Source: Negaprion brevirostris (lineage: Eukaryota). Taken from it: a DNA stretch of 64,000 nt. The first letter of the stretch is position 1. Each line of letters starts with the position of its first letter. A model generated the notes under the pieces. That model saw only the letters and a program-made list of their open reading frames with translations, had not been told where the DNA came from and ran no database searches. Positions 28,901 to 40,900 of the stretch are shown here, piece after piece. A program made the translations under genes and the position numbers. The stretch is taken from contig JARDVH010000115.1 of assembly GCA_030324005.1 (NCBI GenBank), forward strand, positions 36,716,794-36,780,793, given 5' to 3'.

Positions 28901-31900
28901 CGTGAAACTGCCTTTTCCTGGTCTGTACAGCTCAGTATTACAGCAGCATTTACCACTGTGCTAACAGAGGAGTTATACTACGCTTTTTCCAGGTAACAGT
29001 TGCCTTTGGTGGGCTGGAGCAAGTATAATGTCAGCAACCAGATGAGAAAACAGTTCAAATTTTCTTTTAAAAAAAACAATGAGTTTTAGTGGCAAAAAAA
29101 GGACACGTTTGTTTGAAGAATAGAGCGCCTCTTCATTTAGACTATTATTCAAGTAACACTGTTTCTCACTGTTTTAAGAATTCTAAAAGAGATTGCTGCT
29201 AATATCAAAATACAGTGAAAAACAAGGTCCACAAACTCTGAAAGTCAATTACTTCTTAAGCATCAGCCTTGGCAGTATAACAGCATTCTCAACTCAGTCT
29301 GAAACTGTGGGTTTAAACCCCATTCCAGACATTGGAGCATGCCACCCAGGTTGACACTCGAGTGCAATACTAAAGTGTGTTGCACCGTCACAGGAACCAT
29401 AGTTTCAATGAGACATTAGCAGAGTCTGTCTTCCCTCCCAACTGGATACAAAAGGTCCAACGCAATACTTTGAAGACCAGCAGGGAATCTTCCTTGACCA
29501 ACATTTATCCCTCAATCCAATCAAAGACAGATGACCTGCTTATTTCAGACGGTGGGAGCTTGCTTTGTGCAAATTGGCTGTCAGAGTTTCTAATTTACAT
29601 CACTGTGCACACCTCAAAAATATTTCATTTGCTCTAAATTGTTTTGGTATGTAAAAGGCACTATCATAAATGCAAGTCTGTCTTTCTTTTACTTCCTTCC
29701 CTTGACTTAAATGTCAATGTGTATTCACTGGTTGAAAAACAATTTAAGTATAAGAACTGGTTACAGTGTAGCTAAATTTAGCAGCTTATTCTTGTCTAGA
29801 GTCAAGACTGAAAAAGAACTTAATCATTGTCAATTGGTTTGACGTGCAGTTGCTCATGTTTACGAACAAGAGAAAATATATTTCTCTCGATCTTGTAACC
29901 GTGGCTCTGTCTCCCTAATTCTTTCCTTCTCCATTTCCATCTTCTGTTCTTTCTCCCTCTTTTTCTCGTTAGATAGTTGAGATACTTTCTCCTGTTATTG
30001 CTACCTGTCTTCCAAACCTTCATCCTTTCTCTCCATTCTTTTGTAAATCCTTCTTTCATCTATCTCGCTAGATTTCTACTCACGTCATATGATTTGCATT
30101 GGTATGTCTAACCAGATTGCATGCCCAGCATTCGAGCCGTTCTTAATTCATAAACTGTTCCTGAATATTTTCTGATTGCTTCCTTCTTTACAGCAGCACG
30201 GTGGCACAGTGGTTAGCACTGCTGCCCCGTAGCACCAGGGACCCGGGTTCGATTCCAGCCTTAGGTGTCTTGTCTGTNNNNNNNNNNNNNNNNNNNNNNN
30301 NNNNNNNNNNNNNNNNNNNNNNNNNNNNNNNNNNNNNNNNNNNNNNNNNNNNNNNNNNNNNNNNNNNNNNNNNNNNNNNNNNNNNNNNNNNNNNNNNNNN
30401 NNNNNNNNNNNNNNNNNNNNNNNNNNNNNNNNNNNNNNNNNNNNNNNNNNNNNNNNNNNNNNNNNNNNNNNNNNNNNNNNNNNNNNNNNNNNNNNNNNNN
30501 NNNNNNNNNNNNNNNNNNNNNNNNNNNNNNNNNNNNNNNNNNNNNNNNNNNNNNNNNNNNNNNNNNNNNNNNNNNNNNNNNNNNNNNNNNNNGGCAATCG
30601 GTGGAGGGGAAAGGGGGCAGGGGGTCGCAATCGGTCTGGGTCGCGGGGGAGAGGAAAGTGGGTGGATAAGGGGGAAAGTTATGTTGTAGGGGTGATGTCT
30701 GTGGGGACCATCACTCCCAGGCCGCTTTATCCATTTTTTGTGGCCCAGGAGCGATGAAACAGGGGCGCGATTTTCAAATGTTTTTCCTCACTGCGCAGTT
30801 CAGAGCTCCAATCGTTTCTGGTGCACTAAGCCCCACCTACAGCGCAATTCAGACTCGCGATTTTTTTTGCGGGCTAAGTGATTATGGGGGAGCCTGAAAG
30901 CAGATTTCCAAGTCGGATCTGAATTGCGCCCAGATTCAGCACTTAGAATGAAAATGGTAAAATTTGGCCCTCTGTCAGAGAGTTGATGCAGACTCAATGA
31001 ACCGAATAGTCTCCTTATGCACTACAGGACTTCTATGATTCTAATTCTCATTTGTTTCTTGCAAATCAAGTATTCAAATTTGATTTCTTGGGAATTTTAT
31101 TTTAATTTGGCTGCTGAGCTGCCAGCAGACGTTTACAAGCATCCACCAGTCTGCTAACTTTCTTCACCAACAGTAATCCTCTTTACCTTAAAAGGGACAG
31201 GTCAGGTTAGGCATAACTACATCTTAGCAGCAGAATATATTACACGTTACATGAGCTAATACTCCTGGTTGTAAAATAGCATCATCTTTCTCACTGAGAT
31301 CAGTGCCACTGCAAATGAATTGATCGGGCAATTTGCAAAGATTTCGTTCAAGAACCGCATAGTGAAAGGGATGAGATGAGATTGGATTAAATTTGAGCCA
31401 CAGGGTGGCACAGTGATTAGCACTGCTGCCTCACAGTGCCAGGAACTCGGGTTTGATTCCTGGCTTGGGTTACTGTGTGGAGTTTGCACATTCTCCCGAC
31501 ATCTGCATGAGTTTCCTGTGGGTGCTCCGGCTTCCTCCCACAGTCAAACATGTGCAGGTTAGGTGGATTGGCCATGCTAAATTTGCCTGAGTGTCAAGGG
31601 GACTAGCTAGGGTAAATGCATGGGTTATGGGGATAGGGCCTAGGTGGGATAGTAGTTGGTGCAAACTCAATGGTCTGAATGGCCTCTTCTGTACTGTAGG
31701 GATTCTATGNNNNNNNNNNNNNNNNNNNNNNNNNNNNNNNNNNNNNNNNNNNNNNNNNNNNNNNNNNNNNNNNNNNNNNNNNNNNNNNNNNNNNNNNNNN
31801 NNNNNNNNNNNNNNNNNNNNNNNNNNNNNNNNNNNNNNNNNNNNNNNNNNNNNNNNNNNNNNNNNNNNNNNGTGCTGTGACTGCTTGCTTCTTATTTTGT

Positions 31901-34900
31901 GCATACCAACATCAGTAAGATGACTAATCGATCCATTTCTGACAAGTGTTGTTTAAGAGAGGAATACCAGCTACCATAAACAGAGGAATTTCCTGTAACC
32001 AGAGCAAAATGCTGTGGATGTTCAAAATCTAAAATAAATACAGAAATTGCTGCAAATACTTAGTAGATTTCGCAGCACTTGTGCAAAAAGATAATTAAAA
32101 TTTCAGATTCAAATGAAAGGTTATTAGTCTGAAACTTTGGGCTGATTTCTGCTATTAAGGTGGATAGCTTGAGTTGGGAATTGCTGGATTCGACAGAACC
32201 ACCTCCATATAGGGGACCCTGTCGAACCCACCAGAAAGGCATGGAAAGGATAGACTCTGGCTTGCCCACCCTTGAAGTTGATCAGAGGTGGCCATGGAAG
32301 CAGGCAAGGGCCAAAGTGGGCTGGTTAGAAGGCCCGACTTGGTTCATTGGGACTTTGCTCGAAGATGTTGGCCCTTTAGCCTTCACGCCCCGTTCATGAT
32401 CCCTTTATGCCCACTCACCCAGTACACAATGTAGAGAACCATTAAGCCATATAATAGCAATGGCTATTGAAATGCTGAGGAAAATCTTTCAGAAATCTGC
32501 TTAAAAACAGAACCCTGGCTGAGCTAATTCAGTTGCCCTGGAACTCAGCCAAGTATTCATAATAAGGTCACCTGGTAACTGCATTAATGGAGACCAATGG
32601 CCAAACAACTACTTCAATAAATGGGCTCATTATGAATTCAGGACTTGGCATTTTTTTATTATTGCCTGGGCATGGAAGGGGCGTGGGTGAGGCCTGCTAA
32701 ACTTACCTTTTAAAAGGTTCTCAAATCCAGATTATCCAGGATAGGAGATGCTCACACTCAATAGAACCAGCCAGGGTGGGAGTGCAGGGTGTGGGCTGCC
32801 CACACTCTTATTCTGCACCAAAGAAAATTATCGGCAGCAGGAATGGAGGCAGGAATTCCAGATTCAAGTCCTGTCCACCACTTCTAAATCCCTCTGGGCT
32901 CTGAAAATCTGGGTGTTAACTGTTTCCCTCCGCAGATTCCGCCAGATCAATTGAGCATTCCTATAAATCTTCCCTGGTTTTCTGCAGGCTTCTTGGCTCA
33001 ATTCTAATTAGCTTTGAAATTTGAAAGTTTAGAAAACTGGCAGGTGCTTGTAAAACTTCTTTAATTTTCTTGTAAACTCACGTTTAATCACATTAGGAGG
33101 TTTATGTTTCAATACTATCTACTTTAATGAGGGATGAGAGTAAGTGCTAAGACCATACACAAATTCTAGTTCAATTCCGATCTACAAGAAGCCCTTATCC
33201 AAATGGTACCCCTGTTTACATTTAATTACCCCCATCCAGGCACAGCTTCGACCTCCACTCCACAGGCAGAAACTCAACATATTCCAAATTTGTGGCATAA
33301 GGAAAATGCTTTTCTTCAACCTTTCTTGCAGCTTCTCGCATCCTACCAAAGTAGAAGAGAAATAATCTTATGTGGACCTGTGGTAAGTGTTAAGATGAAA
33401 GCAAACAGACCAGGCTGCTGTCAGTTTAAAACGTTATCTATTTTTAGCTGTTGGCAGGCTTAACAAACAAAAATAGAGCGAAGTGCATGAGCTTTATTCT
33501 TTCATCACTAATTTGACAACAGTGCAAAAATTCACAAAACGAACTACGTAGATACTTACATGCTGCAACTGAAATTATGGTTCAGTTTGTTACTATTAAA
33601 TGTCTGTAAAAATTGACTGAAGTTCCTCCAGGGTGACTATTTAAAAAGGCAATAATCTCTGGGCTAATGAAAATAAACGGAGGCATCTTTAGACTTTGTT
33701 CCAATGCACCTCAGAAAGAGGCCAAAACATGTTTCTATGAAAAGCCTGTTTCTTTCTCAAAGACAACAAATACAGAACGGTGGATTTTAAAGCCTTTGCC
33801 GGTAGCCAGTGTATTAAATTAGATTATGTTTTCAGTAAATAAACTGCTGTTTAAAGTTTACGTTGAGGAAAAAAAACATATGATAGTTTTGTTTTTTGTA
33901 TTCACCCAGTAAAGTGGAGAGATTCATATTTTACTGTATCATTCTGTTCACTCATCTGTCTCATGCAAATAAACTACCTGCTGGTCAAAGGCCAGCATTG
34001 ATCTGTATGTGTGTGGATATCAAACTCACCTTCTGAATGTGTCCACTGCTAGTGTAGAATGTATACAGCTCTGTACTCTCTTTTACAATCTCTGTTTCAT
34101 GCTATTGTCCATTTAGGTATTGGGCAAGAAATATTGTACTGCCCCCCCATCCCAGCTAAAACCAAAATGACATTTCAATTGTGTGAAGTACTATTTGTCA
34201 CTGACAGTCATTTTATAATGAAAACAGTGTCCAACATGCAAAGTAACCACAACACTCCAAGACAACAGCTGACAGAACGGATGCCATCAATTTCTCAGGA
34301 ATTCTATCCAGTACTGAAAGGGGGACACATTTCAGTAATGCAGAGTCACATAGCCATATCAGAGATAACTCAGGTCCATTGACCAAAGCCACCCTGTTAT
34401 AATGGAGAAAAGCTAACACCCATCTCTTGCTAAATCTCACCTGTTTCTCCTCAAATGTTGTGTGTGCAATCAAAAGTCAACTTTCATTTTTTTGTTGAGA
34501 AACATTACATATAGATTAAGATTTAAAAAGTTACTAATTTTCTAATGTTAGATTTCTTACAAAGGCATTAAGAACACAGATCAGCATTAAACAATCACTT
34601 ACAAGAATTTGTTTTACTAAATGGGATGACTATTCAAAATAGTCTCAGAAGCAGCCTAAACATTTAATGTTACTAGATAAAGCCATGGTTTTACAGTTTT
34701 GTCTAAAACTGGCAAAATACATGACATAGTTCGAGTGCAAAGGTAGCACTACAATGTATGATAGTTGGGGAAGGAATAGATGTATACAAGGATTACATAG
34801 GCCACCTGACCCAACCAGTCCATGTTGGTGTTTATGCTCCATTTCAGTCCCCTATCTTTTTTCATCTAAATCTGTCATTGTAACTGAGTAGACTAAGGTC

Positions 34901-37900
34901 TAGTTTCCCCTTAAATGTATCTGTTTGATTTACTTCAAGTACTCCCTATGGTAGCGAGTTCTACATTCTTACCAGCCACTAAGTGAAGTAGTTTCATGGC
35001 ACCTTCAGGGCTAGTCACCCAAAATCCACATGGGCAGACGTCAGGAGACATGCAGAGATGAAAGAAATAAATTTCTAGCAATCTAATCCAGCTCCCTCTT
35101 ACACACTTAAGTGAAAAAAATCCTATTCACAAAACACATTCAAAGCTTTAACTCTCCTCAGTGCTTAAACTAATAAAACATTTTTACTCAGCTCACACAT
35201 CAAAGACACCAAACTGTGAACTGAGCCCCTTCTCAGACAATTCCAGTTTTTGAAACTCGGCCATGCATTCATAATAATAGCCCATGAGAAATGTTAACGT
35301 TTACTGAAACTGAAAGAACAAATTATATATTTTTTTTCATACCTACACCAGATGACCTGTCAATCCAAGAAGTCTAGAAGATTGTTTTTAAAAGCTCCCG
35401 GACAGTTTCATCGTTTTCTAGTTTAAACAACAGGGAATTTTAAAAAAACTTCAATTCGTGATATTTAAATAAGATCTTACGCATCCTTCAAGAGCATTTA
35501 TGTTGACTTCAGCACCCACACAACAGATTAAGGTCTCTGGACCAGCCATAGTGGGGTCTGTTTGAACTCAAACACAGAGTTCAAGTGGCAGCAATGATTT
35601 TGAGTTTCCCTTCATGTAAATCATGCCTCCCCATGCTGAAAAAAAATGGGATTTGATGAAAATGGGGGCATATCTCACTGGAGTCAGCCTGGCATTGCAA
35701 AAGTCCTGCCCCTAGTGCTTGGTTTGCTTTTTAATGACTTTGCTAAGCTGTGGCATAACTTTTGGTAGTCAGCATATTTCTACTGGGAAATCCAGTTATT
35801 TTTCCATTTCATCTAGACCTGCACCTTTCTCAATAAATGTACTACCTCACATTTGTATCACAATTTGCCCATTCTGCAAGTTTATTAAATCCTCCTATAA
35901 GTTGTAGAAAATAAAACTATTCTAGTTTCACAAGAAATAAATTGAGAAAGCTAAAAATTGTGAAGCTGAACTTTGTTCTAGATAGGCTCTGCAAACTACG
36001 CATTCCATTCACATATAAACACTGCTTTAAGGATTGCTGAAGGAACAAACAAAAGACATGAATATGAAGAGATCAGAGATTGCCTGAGTATAAAGCGCCA
36101 GGAAAATTGGGAGGTCAGAAACATGGCATCTCAGTTTACTGCTGCAAGTTACATTATTGAGAACAGAAGAATTGTTTTTACACACTGCAGCGCACAATGC
36201 AGGTAAAATGGCAATTATGTCTACTAATTTCAATATTCTTTCTGCCTGTGTATTTTGGGCATTGGAACTGAGCTTTCATCTCTCAGAGAGGAAATTCCTC
36301 ATTAAACAGCTGATTTCCCAGAAGAGTGCCCACTAGAGACACAATGAAGATTACAAGCAGAGCAAGTCTGGGATTAGATTTGGGTGAGAATGATGAGCAT
36401 GAACAGACCGGGATGTCAGAAAGCCAAAGCAGCACTAAAAACATTTGTCCACAGGTACCATTTCAACATCCATCAGATGCACTATACCTGGAACTGCACC
36501 CAATTTTTACTGAAGGACAATACCCAAGAAAACTATGAACAAGCTCTGCCATGTCTTATAGAAGATCTTTAGCTAGCATGCTCAATCTGGNNNNNATGAT
36601 CAAGGTTACCGTGAGGCTCAGTTTCCATTCTTTCCAGGTCATCTATGTGGACAGCTGGAGTGTTGCTGAGTTCAATGATCATTGCTGCACGATGAATGCT
36701 TTGTTCCAAAACCAGTATTTTCATTATGATTGAGCACTACCATTGTGAGGGGCTGCATAATTTTAATGTACTGCTGGCTTTCTACAGCTAAAAGGAATAA
36801 TTGTATTGGAGATATTATTTGGGCCCCAGCTTGTAATACTGTGGTGCTTCCTTCACATTCAGTTGGTCTGAGAGCCCAAGAATTATGCAGTCCAATAATT
36901 AGTTCCTCTGCAGCTCCTACAATGCCTTTATTTTTCACCAAACAACAACTGTGCCGGGCTTATCTGACGAAAAAAGCGCAATAAAACGTGGGACAAGATG
37001 GTCCTCTTCAAAATTGGCTAAAGATATCCTGTCAGATATGAACAGTAGTGGAGCACTGACAATGAAGTCCATGTAACGACCAAAATAAATGTGAAATATG
37101 CCATTTAATATATTAAAGTAGAGCTTCTAGATTCTCAGCTGACCAGTTGCTGCATTACATGATAAGCCCAAAGTCGTCAAGATAATAATGGGTCCTGCAG
37201 ACTCCATAACTTTGCTTTACAAAGGGCCTGCCAATAGAGAAAGAGCAAATTCCAGAAGCTGCAATAGTACAGGACGAAGATAGGTCCTGAAGTAAGGATG
37301 CGGGCTGGAAAATTAATGTAGTGGACACTGGTACAAAATATATATTTACTCAAGTACCATAACTGCCCCTTTTAGGAAGTCTTCTTTACACATACTTAAA
37401 CACACTGGTTCAAAACAGCAGTAATCGCCCTCCATTATGATCAATGCCCAACTATTGTTATGATGTTGGATGATCCAATGACAGACATTCTTGGCAGAAT
37501 GAACAAATCAAGTGCACGAACACAGTTGAGTGACGTGCGAACAATGTAGCAGAACAAACAGCCAAGTTCCTTTGGCATATCCACTCATTTTAAGCAAATC
37601 AAAGTAATGCAGAAAGAATAAATGCAGCTGATGGCTGCAGGGTTTTTGATGGTCCTTGCAGGGATCTGGAATAGTGAAAGGTTCTGCTTGTGCCCTTTGC
37701 TCCTCAAGTCTTTGTAAACAGCTTTGGAATCCATGCTTGGCTTGGCAACATTTAATTCAAGAACATTTTTTTCTTCAAGTAAACAGCTAGCTTCCCTTCC
37801 AATGCTTTCTCAAACACAAAACTGGTTATCAATTAAAGGACACAGCTGAATTAGAAAATTAGTACTGTCCTGTTTTCAGTGGGCTAAAATGTGGATTTTC

Positions 37901-40900
37901 TTTCCAAAGTCAAACAACAATCTCATTCTCTCTCTCTCTTTCTCTCTCTTCCCCCCCCTCCCCCATTCAGTGAGCAGAATCAGGTGGCTGGGGGGCTGGA
38001 TGATTATATTCAAATCCATTAAAATGAGATCCTTGCCCTCTGTGGGCACGGACCTCATGACATCACTGGCAAAGGGTGGGAAAAATTAGAAAAGCGACCT
38101 CGGCATTCTCTCTGATGCATACGCTGAAAATTGTCCCCATCACATGTATACCAAACCAGGAGTAAATTCTCCCAGAAAATTTTAGCACCCACAATTGGCT
38201 TGTGACACCAACAGCAATTTCTAGGTTCTCTTGCAAGGTATGTTGATGTCTTCCTGGAGAAGAAGGAATTACTGCTTGGTAAAACATACTTTTCCAGTCA
38301 GAGATGTGAATAAATTTTTACAGGAAGATTTATTCAGAAGGACTGCAATTAATGTATTTATTAATTAATCACAGTACTTTTGGTTCAGATCTTTGCTTAT
38401 CTTTGATGCAATGAGGCAGGGAACACATTGTAATTAAAGGTAAGATTTTGCACAATATAATTGGTAAATAATAGAAGTATAACAAAAAATATTTGAAATG
38501 AGAACAAAAACTTAAATTAATGTGTCACAAGTAACCAGCAGCTTGCCTAATCCTGGGATGATGGCAGATATCAGAAACAAAATATTCTAAGTATACAATA
38601 CAGGTTTAGTACCAGTAAAGGCCAAATTAAAAATTTTGAAAATGTTATAAAAATACAAGTTGTATATTATTCCATTACTTTAATACATGGGTTTTGCCTG
38701 CAGCGTTTGAATTACAAATATCTCCAGAGTCAGATATAATATTCCATTGTGATATCACTCATAGGAACGACTGACCCATTTTCAACTGCTATGCACATGG
38801 AACCCTTCACCACTTTGGCCTTCAAAGTTCTTGTTTGAATATTTGCTACTACCACCACCAAGATCTATACCTCCAACTGGACTTCCATGCTCACCACAGC
38901 AGCCTGTCTCACCAGCCTGTATCGTATACTTCGAATATTTTGTGCCTAATATCTGCCATCATCCCTGGAGTTGGCACACTGTTGGTTACCTGTGACACAT
39001 TCATTTAAATTTTTGTTGTCATTTCAAATATTTTTATTATACTTCTATTATTTACCAATTATATTTCATAAAATCTTGTGTTTAGTTACAATGTGTCCTC
39101 TGCCTCATTGCATTAGAGATATTCCAGCTGACTATTATGCTTGGTAGTCAGCTAGGATTCAATAAAGTTTACAAAGCAATGCCATCATTCTCTACATTTT
39201 CTAATCTTTGCCGTTTCAGAAATTTCAATCTACTGCAAAACAATGAATTAATAATTTATCACAAGTGCATCTGGATTAGTCACAAAATAAGCAACGAACA
39301 TGGCATTTTCATAACTGCAGATCACAAGAACAGCTAAATAATTCTTTTCACCAAGGAGGTGGTAATTTTCAATCCACATGATGCATAAATATCAAATGCC
39401 AAAATTTTGCTTTTTTATTTCCCTGGAAAGTTTTGAATATCAGTATATTGCTAGGGTAAAATTGCTACGCTACGCTGGACCAAGATTAAAAACAAACTCC
39501 AGTAGCTGATGATAAGTTGGTTATTAAGACAAGTTATACATACATCTCAGAGAAAAATCTCTAGATATCTCAGAAAAATTCGGACTAACTTTGCTTTCTC
39601 TTTTAAAAAAAAGAAAGTACCTATGTTTATGTTGCATCTCTTAGCAACCCAAGGACAGCAGCTTGCACTTACAGAATGCTAATATGTTCCACGCTTCAGA
39701 GAACCATGCTGAGAAATAAATTCACATGAAAGCAAAGAAAGCAAAATTAGGATGGGTGACCAAAAGATTGGTTAAAGATACAACTTTTTAGAAGGGTTGT
39801 GAAAGGAGAAGAGATTTATAGAGAACATACTGCTTAGAACCTTGGCACAGGAATTTGGGGGTGTTCAAAACTCGAACAAGTAGTCTGCAATGTTCTTAAG
39901 GAATTCAGGAAGTTACAGAATAAATTTGGGGTCATCAAAGGATTTCATCATGAGATCATGAATATTAAACTGGAGGCCTTTGAAGACTGTGAGCCAGTGT
40001 AGGTCAGCAAGAAAAGGGTGATGGATGAGCAGGACTTCTTGTACTATGATATGGGCAGGACAATTTTGTATAGTCTAAGTGGAGGTTGGCCAGAACAGCA
40101 TTGGAATAAATTGAGCAGAGGCACAGATGGAGGTTTCAGCAGCAAATAAGCTGAGACTGGAGCGAGAAAAGATAGTTAAAGTAAGCATTCCATGTGATTA
40201 TGAGGACACAGGTTCAGAAGTTCAGCCCTGGACCATACAGGATGTTGAGGTTGTGAGCAGTCCTTTTTAAACAGAGTCGGGTGCCTGGCGGGGAATGGAA
40301 TCTAACAGAGGGGATGTGGCAGGAGCCAAAGAACAATGGCTTCTATTTTTCCAATATTTAACTGGAGGAAACTACAGCTCATCTAGGACTCTTGTTAGAT
40401 ATGCAGTCTGGAGCGGTTCAGTCAGAATTAACACAAAAAATTGCAAGAGAAATGCGAGCTAACAAACAACACAGAAAAGTAAAACTAGAAGAGATATCGT
40501 AAAGAAACAAAAAGGTGTATCAAGCATAAGAAAGTAAAGATGAGGAAGAAATTCAAGCAAAAATAAACAAGGAAAAAAAAGAAAACAGAAAAATAAAACT
40601 GAGGAATAAATGCAAAGCATTATGGTTGAGAGTTATGTTTAACATTATTTGGAGAAGATATGTAGTTGGAAACTGTAATTCCGGGTAGGAAAAGGCATCA
40701 GCCTCCCCAAAAGTCCATTCTGCATTTTGAACTGTGTGAAGAGCCTTTTGACATAATTGAGAAATGTATTTTCTGCTATTTTGCATTCCTTATCTCATAT
40801 TGCAGATTTACCTTTTCCATTGCTTTTCTGGTCTTTTGTGTCTCAAAGCAGATCTGATATTTACCTCCTTTCAGGACTAAATGCTTCAAGTTTCTCAGAT

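Noticed and set aside
34030-34101. Open 72-nt segment ending in AAG|gtgagt (HETEIVKESTELYTFYTSSGHIQK)
   Set aside because: No polypyrimidine tract at the acceptor, the open frame does not match the phase-2 host intron, and no homology recognised.
35343-35418. Exon-like segment on the minus strand (ENDETVRELLKTIF*TSWIDRSSGV) with AG/GT ends
   Set aside because: Stops in all three frames and no recognisable homology; consistent with chance.
38755-38905. Functional rRNA gene
   Set aside because: Only ~150 bp, diverged and internally deleted, with no flanking rDNA.
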